DNA of 64,000 bases from Candidatus Omnitrophota bacterium (GCA_043826355.1 JBDRQI010000031.1:1-64000); one strand, 5' to 3'; counted from the first letter of the stretch, positions 39,977-49,766 are shown. Translations and numbers: made by a program. The notes: generated by a model not told the origin, from the sequence alone.

Positions 39977-40633
39977 ATGAAACGGCACTTTGACCTGGAA
40001 CTGGCGGAACTGAAGCGCACCATCCTGGCGATGAGCGGGATGGTTGAAGAGGCAATTAATAAAGCGGTGGCTTCCCTGGAAAGACTCTCCCCGGAAATGG
40101 CTAACGAAATAATTCAATCAGACACCCGGATTGACCGGCTGGAAAACGAGATTGAAGAGAAAACAATCGCCTTTATCGTCCGCAACCAGCCGGTGGCCGG
40201 AGATTTACGGCTGATTGTTATGGCGACCAAGATCGGTACGGATTTGGAACGGATGGCGGATCTGGCAGTTGATATTGCCGAACGTACCCTGGAACTGGCG
40301 GGTCAACCTTTAATCAAACCCCTGATTGACATCCCGAAACTGGCGCGCCTGGCCCAGAAGATGACCCACGAAAGCATTGAATCATTCATAACCCTGGACG
40401 GAGAACTGGCGCGTAACGTCCGGGTCCAGGACGATGAAGCCGATTTCCTGCGGGACCTGATTACCCGGGAACTGACCGAAATTATCAACCGCGACTGCTG
40501 CGTTGCGGTTAGGGCCATCCCCCTCATACTGGCCGCCCGTCACCTGGAGCGTATCTGCGACCACGCCACCAACATCGCTGAGTCCGTAGTTTACGTGGCG
40601 GAAGCAAAACTAATCAAACATGACGAAGCATAA
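39977..40633 (+). CDS. phoU: Phosphate signalling regulator PhoU
   Basis: QPVAGDLR, LERMADLA, LERICDHATNIAE. Confidence 0.95.
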   Translation: MKRHFDLELAELKRTILAMSGMVEEAINKAVASLERLSPEMANEIIQSDTRIDRLENEIEEKTIAFIVRNQPVAGDLRLIVMATKIGTDLERMADLAVDIAERTLELAGQPLIKPLIDIPKLARLAQKMTHESIESFITLDGELARNVRVQDDEADFLRDLITRELTEIINRDCCVAVRAIPLILAARHLERICDHATNIAESVVYVAEAKLIKHDEA

Positions 40634-40699
40634 AAGTGCTGTAAAATTAAGCCTCTTTACAATTTTTTAAATAAAGTTATTTCTTAGGGAGGCAGGGTT

Positions 40700-41764
40700 A
40701 TGAAACAAATTAAGGTGGGAATAATCGGGTTGGGACGCAGCGGCAGGGATATACACGGTCAATATCTGTACGCTGCAAGGGATAAATATGAGATCGTCGC
40801 GGTCTGCGACATTTCAAAGGAAAGACGGGAACGGTCAGGAAAAGAATACGGGTGCGCAGTTTATGCCGACTATAAAGAAATGTTTGCCGGAAAAAATTTG
40901 GACTTACTGATAAATGCCCTGCCGAGCCACCTGCATGTTCCGGTAACAAAACAGGCGTTAAGCGCCGGATTTAATGTGCTGTGCGAGAAACCACTGGCAA
41001 GAACGGTTAAAGAAGTGGACATGCTGATTGCGGCGGCGCAAAAAAGCGGTAAGGTATTTGCCATATATCAGCAATCAAGATTTGCGCCGTATTTCCAGCA
41101 GATAAAGAAGATTATAAGGTCCGGTGTGCTGGGACGGATTGTGCAGATAAGTATCGCATTCAACGGCTTTTCAAGAAGATGGGACTGGCAGACCCTGCAG
41201 GAATACAACGGAGGCAATCTGCTAAACACGGGCCCGCATCCGCTCGACCAGGCGTTAAACCTCCTGAATGCGGATAAAACTCCAAAGGTGACCTGCAAAA
41301 TGGACAGGGTCAACACTTACGGAGATGCTGAAGATTATGTAAAACTACTGCTGCAGACGCCTGGCAAACCACTCATAGACGTTGAAATATCTTCCTGCTG
41401 CGCATATCCCGGTTTTACATACAATATTCAGGCAGCCAGAGGCGGAGCGCAAGGAAATAATTCCCGCATAACCTGGAAGTATTTTAAGCCGACGGAAGCG
41501 TCGAAAAGGCGTTTACAGCGCACACCCCTGGCAAACCCCGACGGCACACCGGCATACTGCGTTGACGACCTGAAGTGGCATGAAGAAAGCTGGAATTTAG
41601 CGGAAGAACAAAAAGACCTTTTCAACACAATGAATAAGTTTTTCTACGACATGCTTCATAAGACGCTGCAACACGGCAAACCGCTTGAGATAACGCCGCA
41701 ACAGGTAAGACAGCAGATTGCGGTTATTGAAGAATGCCACCGGCAAAATAAACTTGACCCATGA
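40700..41764 (+). CDS. Gfo/Idh/MocA oxidoreductase
   Basis: GIIGLGRSG, CEKPLA, GGNLLNTGPH. Confidence 0.92.
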   Translation: MKQIKVGIIGLGRSGRDIHGQYLYAARDKYEIVAVCDISKERRERSGKEYGCAVYADYKEMFAGKNLDLLINALPSHLHVPVTKQALSAGFNVLCEKPLARTVKEVDMLIAAAQKSGKVFAIYQQSRFAPYFQQIKKIIRSGVLGRIVQISIAFNGFSRRWDWQTLQEYNGGNLLNTGPHPLDQALNLLNADKTPKVTCKMDRVNTYGDAEDYVKLLLQTPGKPLIDVEISSCCAYPGFTYNIQAARGGAQGNNSRITWKYFKPTEASKRRLQRTPLANPDGTPAYCVDDLKWHEESWNLAEEQKDLFNTMNKFFYDMLHKTLQHGKPLEITPQQVRQQIAVIEECHRQNKLDP

Positions 41765-41862
41765 ATTACGAGACAGAATCCACATTCACTGCCACGGTCG
41801 AATCAAAAATGTTTTTCAGGATTTTTTGGATATGGGACCGGTTGATAGCATATAACAAATTT

Positions 41863-42045
41863 ATGGGCAGAATCAAAAAAATAATTCTGGTGCATCATAC
41901 TCACACCGATATCGGCTACACAGGCACATCCGCCGCGGTAGCGGTTCAACATATCAAACATCTGCGCACCGTCCTGGCAATGTGCCGGCGCAACCATGAG
42001 TTTCGCTGGACGATATATATAAAAATCCAAAGGAATATTTTATAA
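41863..42045 (+). pseudogene. Truncated N-terminus of a GH38-like glycoside hydrolase
   Basis: IILVHHTHTDIGYT...FRWT, then an abrupt stop. Confidence 0.65.
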
Positions 42046-42245
42046 ATATCCCAAATTTTATAAACAAATTGGTTAAATGGGTTAATTATCTGGAAAAGAA
42101 AAATGCCGAGGCAAAAAACAGAACGGTAATTGAAGATCTTAGATTATGTTTAATGAATTGGTTGGGGAGGTTAAAAAGTGAAGATAATAGATTTAAACCT
42201 CTTAATTAAACCGCACTGGCGGTGGGGGTTTACTTCACCTGACTC

Positions 42246-43397
42246 TCACAACCGGCGGAGCACATTGCAGATCTCCGCGCCAAACTCACGCTTCTGCCAC
42301 TTTCGAAATCGTTCGACCCGGTCCAGGGCCTCCGGCGTGACCGGGCATTTTACGGCCAGTTCCTGAATCACGCTGTTGGCACAGACCAGACTACCGTCCA
42401 GTTCGAGGTCTGCGGACTGACTGTCGCGCCATTCCTTCAAACCCTGCACTCTCGCCTGGAACCGGGGGCTGCGGTTTGGTCTCCGTCCGACACCCTTCGG
42501 ATACTCCGGCAACCGCTCATCAGGAATATCCAACGCATTTATTACCGCTGCCAGCACAACAGCGCGGAACGTCCCGCTCCTGCGGCCAAGACCATTAATC
42601 CGCAGCAGTTCCCGGTCCGTTTCCGGCCGTTCCCGGATAATCTGCCTAATAGCATCGGGAGACAACACTTTGAACGGCGGGCGGTCACGCTGTTCGGCCA
42701 ATGATTCCCGCGCCCGCAGAAGGGACTCCAGCATGGCCAGACCTCTTCGGTCCAGGAGAGCGGCGTCCTTGAAACTAAGAAAGAGCGGACCGGGTTCCCT
42801 GATACGGTCAGACGAATGCGCCAAAATATCGCACTCCTCTTCGACCCAGGTTAGACGCCCGAGCTTAACCAAATCCTCTTTCATCAGACCCGCCAGTTGA
42901 ACCAGCCAGTGTACGTCGGTGGCTGCGTAAGAACACATTTCGGCGGTCAATGGTCGCTGCGTCCAGTCACGTTTCTGGAACTTCTTATCGAGAACAACCC
43001 CGAAACGCTCCGATAGGACCTCGGCCAAACTGGACCGGCGCATCCCGAGGAAGCGAGCCGCCACTTCAGTGTCAAAAATCGGCCGGCAATTAATGCCGAA
43101 GTGGCGTCGCAGGAGCCGGATATCGTAATCGGCACCGTGCAAGACCTTCTCGACGGCGGTGTTCTCGAGTATCGGCTTCAGGGGAGAGATGTCCGTCACC
43201 TGACGAAGGTCCACCAGCCATATTTGCGCGCCGTCCGATAATTGTGCCAGACACGCCGTTTCCCCATAATGAAACAGGGTGTCGGCTTCCAGGTCAAGAG
43301 CGACGGTAACCGCTCTCGCCATAATGGCGCACGCTTCACGTAAACCCTGCGGTGTTTCCACCATCAGGTATTTCGGCTGTTGCATGGTTATTGGCAT
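42246..43397 (-). CDS. rnd: Ribonuclease D (DEDDy exonuclease + HRDC)
   Basis: ALDLEAD, KVLHGADYD, DTEVAA, DWTQRPL, YAATD; HRDC domains. Confidence 0.92.
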   Translation of the reverse strand: MPITMQQPKYLMVETPQGLREACAIMARAVTVALDLEADTLFHYGETACLAQLSDGAQIWLVDLRQVTDISPLKPILENTAVEKVLHGADYDIRLLRRHFGINCRPIFDTEVAARFLGMRRSSLAEVLSERFGVVLDKKFQKRDWTQRPLTAEMCSYAATDVHWLVQLAGLMKEDLVKLGRLTWVEEECDILAHSSDRIREPGPLFLSFKDAALLDRRGLAMLESLLRARESLAEQRDRPPFKVLSPDAIRQIIRERPETDRELLRINGLGRRSGTFRAVVLAAVINALDIPDERLPEYPKGVGRRPNRSPRFQARVQGLKEWRDSQSADLELDGSLVCANSVIQELAVKCPVTPEALDRVERFRKWQKREFGAEICNVLRRL

Positions 43398-43446
43398 ATA
43401 CGGAAACCGTCAAGTTTTATATAAGTGATTTACTTGTGGGCATTTT

Positions 43447-43534
43447 GGGTAGCTGCGGCTTATGGGACGACGTTCGAACCTGTCTGATAGATAATCCTAC
43501 CATAATATTACCTGTTTTCACAATACCGGTTTAA
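43447..43534 (+). repeat. Intergenic module R1 (recombinase-tail type)
   Basis: GGCTTATGGGACGACGTTCGAACC...; encodes GLWDDVRTCLIDNPTIILPVFTIPV*. Confidence 0.85.
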
Positions 43535-43536
43535 AC

Positions 43537-43606
43537 TTGCGTTTAAAACAATTAGATGATATAATCGTTTCATATATTGAAGCGATTAGACAAATTATTC
43601 GCTTCA
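43537..43606 (+). promoter_or_regulatory. Promoter and inverted-repeat operator of the Fic gene
   Basis: TTGCGT-17-TATAAT; AATCGTTTCA-N5-TGAAGCGATT plus a third half-site ATTCGCTTCA. Confidence 0.6.
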
Positions 43607-43619
43607 GGAGGTCGAATAA

Positions 43620-44747
43620 ATGAAATATATTTGGGAACAGAAAAATTGGTTTGATTTTAAATACGATCATGCGGTTTTGCTGAAGCCGTTAAGCCAACTG
43701 CGGGTTTTGCAAGGAAAACTATTAGGCCGCGCCGCATTTCTTGACATTAACCTTGAAACCGAGGCTCAGGGCATTATTCTGGTTGAAGAGACCATTCGAA
43801 CCGCGGAAATCGAAGGGCAGAAACTTAACCGGGATGCGGTTCGTTCATCAGTAGCTGCAAGGCTTGGTTTGCCGCGGGGTGTCGGTACGCAAGACAGGAG
43901 TATCAACGGGCTGGTGGATGTTTTGCTGGATGCTGTGCGTTTTCATGACAAGCCTTTGACGCTGGAACGTCTTAACGGCTGGCAAGCGGCGTTGTTTCCT
44001 TCAGGCTATTCGGATTTAAAAAAAATCAAAACCGGAAGACTGCGGGGGAACGAACCTATGCAGGTCGTATCCGGACCCATTACCAAAGAAAAGGTGCATT
44101 TTGAAGCATTGCCGAAAGAACGCCTTGCTGAAGAAGTGCAGATTTTACTGAAATGGTGGCACTCCTCGCTTGGCCAGGTGGACGGCATATTACGCGCGGC
44201 AACAGTTCATCTGCGTTTTGTAACCATCCATCCTTACGAAGATGGCGGTCGCTTGGCCAGGGTGCTGACGGATATGGCGCTGGCCCAGGACGAGAAATTG
44301 AAAGTCAGGTTTTACAGCGTTTCTTCCGAAATCATGCGCACCAGAAATGAGTACTACAAAATTCTGGAAGATGTGCAAAACTGTCGGGCTGATGTGACGC
44401 AATGGTGTTTATGGTTTATCAAATGCGTCACTGCAGCCGTTGAGCGTTCTCAAGAGATAATTGCCAACGTATTCATGCGAGTTGATTTCTGGAATCGGCA
44501 TGCCCAGACTCAGCTTAACGAGCGTCAAAAGAAAGTTTTAAATCGTATTCTGGAAGCCGGACCAGGAAATTTTGCCGGTGGTCTGACAACGCGTAAATAT
44601 GCGAGCATGGCCAAGGTCAGCCGTGCCACGGCATTTCGTGAAATTGCGGATATGCTTAACCAGAAAATCATACGCCAATTACCCGGTAAAGGCCGCAGCG
44701 TTCATTACGATTTAATTTGGCCGGAAGCGGACACAAATCATGCCTGA
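43620..44747 (+). CDS. Fic family protein (DUF4172 N-terminus, C-terminal HTH)
   Basis: YIWEQKNW, AEIEG, HPYEDGGRLAR, VSRATAFRE. Confidence 0.9.
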   Translation: MKYIWEQKNWFDFKYDHAVLLKPLSQLRVLQGKLLGRAAFLDINLETEAQGIILVEETIRTAEIEGQKLNRDAVRSSVAARLGLPRGVGTQDRSINGLVDVLLDAVRFHDKPLTLERLNGWQAALFPSGYSDLKKIKTGRLRGNEPMQVVSGPITKEKVHFEALPKERLAEEVQILLKWWHSSLGQVDGILRAATVHLRFVTIHPYEDGGRLARVLTDMALAQDEKLKVRFYSVSSEIMRTRNEYYKILEDVQNCRADVTQWCLWFIKCVTAAVERSQEIIANVFMRVDFWNRHAQTQLNERQKKVLNRILEAGPGNFAGGLTTRKYASMAKVSRATAFREIADMLNQKIIRQLPGKGRSVHYDLIWPEADTNHA

Positions 44748-44888
44748 AAATATTTGTAACAAACATTGCGCCTCTACTGCACAATATTCGCGGTAAAATA
44801 ATACACCTACCTATCCATTACCAAACCGCAATTAAATTTGGTCCCGTTTTAACCACTTAATTCCTTTTAGCTATAAATTCCACTAAAT

Positions 44889-45278
44889 ATGTGGGAATCT
44901 TATAAAGGCATTGTTTGGTCCTATCCAAAAATTTCTTTATTTGAAGAAAGGCGCCTGATTTCAAAAGCACAAAAAGGCTCAAAGAAAAATAAGGATGAGA
45001 TTATTCTGCGCCATATCGGTTTCTTAATCTTTAGAATCCACCGGAGAGTATTCCCTGACTTAATTCAGCACTTTGGAGAGGACTTGCTTGAAGAAGCCAT
45101 CCTGATTGTTTACAAGAAGGTTGATAGTTACGACCTTCGCTACTGTGATAAACAGGGAAATCCCTGTCCTGTTAAATTTGTTTCTTACATCTGGAAGCGA
45201 ATCGACGGGTTTATAACCGATTATTTGAAAAAGGAAACGAACAAACCCACTGTACCGTATGATGAAACAATGATTTAA
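44889..45278 (+). CDS. Small protein resembling sigma70 regions 1.2/2
   Basis: EERRLISKAQKG...DEIILRH, DLLEEA, KFVSYIWKRIDGFITDYLKK. Confidence 0.65.
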   Translation: MWESYKGIVWSYPKISLFEERRLISKAQKGSKKNKDEIILRHIGFLIFRIHRRVFPDLIQHFGEDLLEEAILIVYKKVDSYDLRYCDKQGNPCPVKFVSYIWKRIDGFITDYLKKETNKPTVPYDETMI

Positions 45279-45317
45279 TAACTCTAAAGAAGTTAGGATC
45301 TCCTTCGGAGTATACCT

Positions 45318-45344
45318 GGAAACCATTGAGGAACAATGGTTTCC
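45318..45344. terminator. Hairpin immediately before module R2
   Basis: GGAAACCATTG-N5-CAATGGTTTCC perfect 11-bp stem. Confidence 0.5.
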
Positions 45345-45350
45345 GAAGTC

Positions 45351-45581
45351 GGGGTGGCTTAGGGGAGGATATTAGAACCTGTTTAGTGGATAATTTAGCC
45401 TCAAAAATACCCGTTTTTCAATGCCAGCTTGATATTTAGGTGTGTTCTCTTGCTATACCCTACCCCTCGTTACACTATTGTTTTACTTCAACATCGGTTA
45501 AAGCCATCTACCGCCACCACCCCGTGTTCTATTTGTTGGCAAAGCAAAACGCTTGACCGGACTATGGCGGGGTGATAATAT
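45351..45581 (+). repeat. Intergenic module R2 (tail + spacer + promoter)
   Basis: Encodes GGLGEDIRTCLVDN...IPVF; CTATTGTTTTACTTCAACATCGG; TTGACC-17-TAATAT. Confidence 0.85.
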
Positions 45582-45608
45582 TTATTCAGTTTCAATCACG
45601 GTGCCGTT

Positions 45609-47000
45609 ATGAACAAGATTAAAATGTCTTCTTTGCGATATTCATTAACAGGAGCAGTTTTCAATTTACGGGAAAGACTGACCAGATACCGGCATGAAAA
45701 AAAAAATTTTAAGAAAGAAAGAGGTTTTAATCTGAATCTGAAAAACCCCCGGAGCTGGAGCGAAAAGGTAGTCTGGAAAAAGCTCTACGATCGAAACCCC
45801 CTCCTGCCGGTCGTGGCCGATAAATACCGGGTTCGCCAGTACCTGAAAGACGTCCTCGGTGAAAAAGAGGCGGAAGAGATTCTAATTCCCCTGCTCTACG
45901 TAACCGACAGACCGGAGACCATCCCTTTTGACCACTTTCCGGAAGAATATATCATCAAGGCAAATCACGGCTCGGGAATGAATATAGTCGTGGATAAAAA
46001 TAATCCCGTAAATCGCAAGGAAATTGTGGCCCGATGTGGGAAATGGCTAAGCAAACCGTTCGCCCTTAAAAAGCACGAATGGGCCTACCAGAAGATAAAG
46101 AGAAAGATAGTGGTTGAAAAACTGCTGCGCGATGAGAACGGGAAGATTCCGGCCGACTATAAGTTTAAAATATTCCATGGGAGGTGTCATCTAATCCAGG
46201 TTCTCTACGATAGGTTTGCAGATAGAAGCATCGGTTGGTATTCTCCAGAATGGAATTATTTGAATATTTATTCAAATTGGGAATTGGCAAATTATATGGA
46301 AAAACCGGCGCAGCTTGATTTCATGATAGCCCTGGCGGAGTTCCTGGGAATGCCTTTTGACTTCATTCGCGTTGACCTATACCTGGTTAACGGTCGGATA
46401 TATTTTGGCGAACTGACAAATTATCCTGAAAGCGGAAGAGCGTCATTTACTCCGGTATCGTATGATTTTGAGCTGGGTTCAAAATGGAAAATAGTTCCAG
46501 AGTACTGGAATCAGGGAAATTATAAAATCAAAGATTTCGTGATACGGACCGGGAAATATATTTTTGCTTCTCAAGTTGACATCGGAACGGGGCCGGCTCT
46601 TGAAGGCAAGGGAGTTTTTGCGAAACGAGATTTTTCACAAGGTGACCATATCGGTTTTCTTGAAGGAAAAATACGCAGAAATGCCGTAAAGGAGAGTATG
46701 CAATTCAGCACTCATCTCCATATTGAACCGGACTTAAACAATCCGGTTAGATATTTAAATCATTCCTGCGATGCAAACGCATATTTTTGCGGCAGAAGTT
46801 TCCACGCCTGGCGGCCGATAAAAAAGGGTGAAGAAATAACCATAGATTACAACTGCACCGAATACGCAGTATCCGCTCCTTTTAAATGCAACTGCAATAC
46901 TGCCGGCTGTGTAGGAGAAATAAAAGGATTCAGCTTTCTTACAGACGACCAAAAGAAAAAGCGAAAAGGGAAACTTGCGGAATGGTGTGTCTACGGCTGA
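45609..47000 (+). CDS. TupA-like ATP-grasp amidoligase fused to a SET domain
   Basis: ADKYRVR, KANHGSG, DYKF, RVDLY, FGELT; then GKGVFA, RYLNHSCDAN, EEITIDY, CNCNTAGC. Confidence 0.85.
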   Translation: MNKIKMSSLRYSLTGAVFNLRERLTRYRHEKKNFKKERGFNLNLKNPRSWSEKVVWKKLYDRNPLLPVVADKYRVRQYLKDVLGEKEAEEILIPLLYVTDRPETIPFDHFPEEYIIKANHGSGMNIVVDKNNPVNRKEIVARCGKWLSKPFALKKHEWAYQKIKRKIVVEKLLRDENGKIPADYKFKIFHGRCHLIQVLYDRFADRSIGWYSPEWNYLNIYSNWELANYMEKPAQLDFMIALAEFLGMPFDFIRVDLYLVNGRIYFGELTNYPESGRASFTPVSYDFELGSKWKIVPEYWNQGNYKIKDFVIRTGKYIFASQVDIGTGPALEGKGVFAKRDFSQGDHIGFLEGKIRRNAVKESMQFSTHLHIEPDLNNPVRYLNHSCDANAYFCGRSFHAWRPIKKGEEITIDYNCTEYAVSAPFKCNCNTAGCVGEIKGFSFLTDDQKKKRKGKLAEWCVYG

Positions 47001-47175
47001 TGCCGTACCTTAGAAACCTGTGCCACTTGATGATAGGGTTATCCTGGTTTTGATCGGCGCGAAGAAATTTTCTTAATAGAAAAACAGAATGGGTCGGCCA
47101 TTCGCTACATTGCTATCTATTCGTCGCAATGTCTGACTTCGCTCCCATCGAATCCCATTTTCAGGCGGGCTTCAC

Positions 47176-47255
47176 AGGGTGGCTAACGGGACGACGTTTG
47201 AACCTGTTTACTAAATAATCCTACCTTAATGTTGTGTCCTTCAACACCAACTTAG
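47176..47255 (+). repeat. Intergenic module R3 (decayed tail)
   Basis: CAGGGTGGCTAACGGGACGACGTTTGAACCTGTTTACTAAATAATCCTACC; GG*RDDV*TCLLNNPT. Confidence 0.85.
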
Positions 47256-47308
47256 TTTTATAATGCATTTCCCTTGCCTCACCATTCAATTGTGATTAGT
47301 TTGATTGC

Positions 47309-47815
47309 CTAAAGTAACTTTTGCATCCATACGACATCAAAGTCTTTACCGAGTTTACAACCAACCCTGCAAAATCGTCCGCATCGTTTAAATCCCATTT
47401 TCTTATGAAAATTAATACTATGTTCGTTTAGAGATGAAATACCGGCCAAAAGCGAATCGATTTTTTGATTTCTTGCTTTCCGAATAAAACTCTCGATGAT
47501 TTTTTTACCAATTCCTTTACCGGTATGTTCCGGTAAAATGAAATAAGTTAGTTCGGCCGTTCTTGCTAATGTTTTCATCGGACTATGGGCGCGCATAAGG
47601 GCAAATCCGACAACTTTATCGCGGTTATTTTTATCGATCACAACTACGGCGGGATAACCTTTTGCCATCTGTAAAAATAGATTAAAAAAATCATAGGAGA
47701 CTTTCTTTTCGGGATACGCAGCGAAACTGTTTTTAATAAAGTAATTGAAAATATCGATGACGGGTTTTCTGTAGTGTTTTGAGAGTTTTCTGAACTCGTA
47801 ATTTTTTTTATTCAT
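47309..47815 (-). CDS. GNAT N-acetyltransferase (phosphinothricin/YncA-like)
   Basis: GKGIGKK, NEHSINFHKKMGF, VGCKLGKDFDVVWMQK. Confidence 0.9.
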   Translation of the reverse strand: MNKKNYEFRKLSKHYRKPVIDIFNYFIKNSFAAYPEKKVSYDFFNLFLQMAKGYPAVVVIDKNNRDKVVGFALMRAHSPMKTLARTAELTYFILPEHTGKGIGKKIIESFIRKARNQKIDSLLAGISSLNEHSINFHKKMGFKRCGRFCRVGCKLGKDFDVVWMQKLL

Positions 47816-47980
47816 TTCGGCGTTTTTCAGCCTTGCGAATTTATCACATTTAAATTTTACCTTAAATTAAAAAATTTCTAAAGCATGTTTATTATAACAG
47901 ATCTTTTTTTGAAAACTGCCTGGCTTGAAAAGTGCCTGATGAAAAGATTATAACGTTTATTAGGTTTCATTAAAAAATAA

Positions 47981-48064
47981 CAGGGTGGCTTAGGGGACGA
48001 CGTTCGAACCACTCTAATGGATAATTCTACCATAATATTGCCTGTTTTTTCAATACCGGCCTGA
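47981..48064 (+). repeat. Intergenic module R4 (tail)
   Basis: CAGGGTGGCTTAGGGGACGACGTTCGAACC...; GGLGDDVRTTLMDNSTIILPVFSIPA*. Confidence 0.88.
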
Positions 48065-48225
48065 TTCTACGTCGTTTTCCTGCTGTTTTTCCCCTTCTTA
48101 AAATATACCCTAGAGTGCACATTTTTGTCCAATCTACTATGTCCCACTTTGTCCCACTTTCCACACCTTAATTAATTTCCCTGATTTTACCACGATTACT
48201 ATAAACGGGTGTTTGGTGCAAGAAT

Positions 48226-48254
48226 TTGACAGCAAGGAAAAAATGGATTAAAAT
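48226..48254 (+). promoter_or_regulatory. Sigma70 promoter of the AbiE operon
   Basis: TTGACA-17-TAAAAT. Confidence 0.65.
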
Positions 48255-48264
48255 ATTTAGCAAT

Positions 48265-48864
48265 ATGGCTAAAATATTAAATTGGATGGCGGTTGAAAAG
48301 AAGATTAGAGATTCGGAAATCGCTCTTTTCACCCCGGTTGACCTGAAACGCATCCTGGATGTTTCCAAAATCTCGGTTCAATTTTTTCTGACCCGTTACA
48401 CAAAAAAGGGGGCTATTACAAAACTGCGGCGCGGTTTATACGCGTTAAGCGACCGCATTCCTTCTGAGTTTGAAATTGCCAATGCCCTTCTCCGCCCCTC
48501 TTACATTTCCCTCACTTTTGCGCTTGCCCATTATCATATTATTCCTGAAATGACCTACGTTGTCACATCCGTCACCACCCGCCCGACCTATCGCTTTGAA
48601 ATCCTGGACCGGGAATTTCGGTATCACCGGATAAAGAAATCTGCTTTTACCGGATACGCACCGGAAAAGATTGGCGAAAAAATAGTACTCATTGCCGAAA
48701 AGGAAAAAGCGCTGGTGGACTATCTTTATTTTGTAGGCAGGAAAATTTACCCCGTCAATACCCGGCTGGACATTTCTTCGCTTAATAAAGAAAAGATGCA
48801 TCGCTACGCGGAATTGTTTCGTTCCGCAAATCTCGAACGCATGATAAAGGAGCTCTATGCTTGA
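48265..48864 (+). CDS. Type IV TA antitoxin, AbiEi-like
   Basis: KLRRGLY, PSYISL, A-x-x-EKALVDYLY; upstream of AbiEii. Confidence 0.85.
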   Translation: MAKILNWMAVEKKIRDSEIALFTPVDLKRILDVSKISVQFFLTRYTKKGAITKLRRGLYALSDRIPSEFEIANALLRPSYISLTFALAHYHIIPEMTYVVTSVTTRPTYRFEILDREFRYHRIKKSAFTGYAPEKIGEKIVLIAEKEKALVDYLYFVGRKIYPVNTRLDISSLNKEKMHRYAELFRSANLERMIKELYA

Positions 48865-49579
48865 CAGGGAAGTAATAAAAAAACTGGCGTTACAGTATCA
48901 AACTACCGAAACAAACGTAGCTAGAGAATATGTCCAACACCTTTTTCTTTCCATCTTCTATCAAGAGCCGGATTCCGAGAAGGTTCTTTTTAAGGGTGGA
49001 ACCGCCTTACGGATTGTTTTTCAAAGCCCCCGCTTTTCCGAAGACCTTGATTTTTCAGGTTTCGAAACCAATGTTCCAATGCTTGAAACATTGGTGGTCA
49101 ATGCTATTAACAAAATCCATAATATCGGGGTGGAGGTAGAAATTTCCGAAAGCAAGAAAACTTCCGGCGGCTATATCGGCGTTCTTGATTTAACGGTTTC
49201 CGGCTATCGGACGCGTATAATCCTGGAGGTTTCCTTGAGAAAAAGAAACGGCGTCAAAGGCGAAACAGTCCTGATTGCCGGTGATTTCGTTCCTTCTTAC
49301 ACCATAGCGATATTTCCGCAGAAGATGTTGGTTGACGAAAAATTGGCCGCGGTCTTGAGCCGCGCAAAACCGCGTGATTATTTCGACATCTACTTTTTAC
49401 TCCGTAAAGGACTGGTGGCGGTTGAACAAAAGAAAGCCCTCAAGGAAATTAAGCGCCGACTTGAACATAAAACACTGTCATTGGAAAAAGAGCTGCGCGA
49501 TTTTCTTCCAAAGAGCCAACACAAACTTATTCGCGATCTCCCAAAAATACTGCTCCGGGAAATTTCCCGTTATACCTGA
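48857..49579 (+). CDS. AbiEii/AbiGii nucleotidyltransferase toxin
   Basis: FKGGTAL, RFSEDLDF, EKLAA, KPRDYFDI. Confidence 0.9.
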   Translation: MLDREVIKKLALQYQTTETNVAREYVQHLFLSIFYQEPDSEKVLFKGGTALRIVFQSPRFSEDLDFSGFETNVPMLETLVVNAINKIHNIGVEVEISESKKTSGGYIGVLDLTVSGYRTRIILEVSLRKRNGVKGETVLIAGDFVPSYTIAIFPQKMLVDEKLAAVLSRAKPRDYFDIYFLLRKGLVAVEQKKALKEIKRRLEHKTLSLEKELRDFLPKSQHKLIRDLPKILLREISRYT

Positions 49580-49766
49580 TGACACACAGATTTTGAGAGA
49601 CACAGACAAATAGATGATTGGCGGCAACGAATTCATGCTATATTCGGAGACAATAACGAGCAAAACCTGGCTAAAATGGAAAGTTCCTTTAATTTTTTCT
49701 TAATCGCCTAGGATATTCTTTCATTTTTTCTTGTGTTAACACCCCCTGCCTATCGCTCTTATATTA

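Noticed and set aside
47981..48010. TTCGAACC motifs considered as real tRNA genes
   Set aside because: No T-stem pairing, D-arm or anticodon arm can be built; only the 3'-end spacing is similar.
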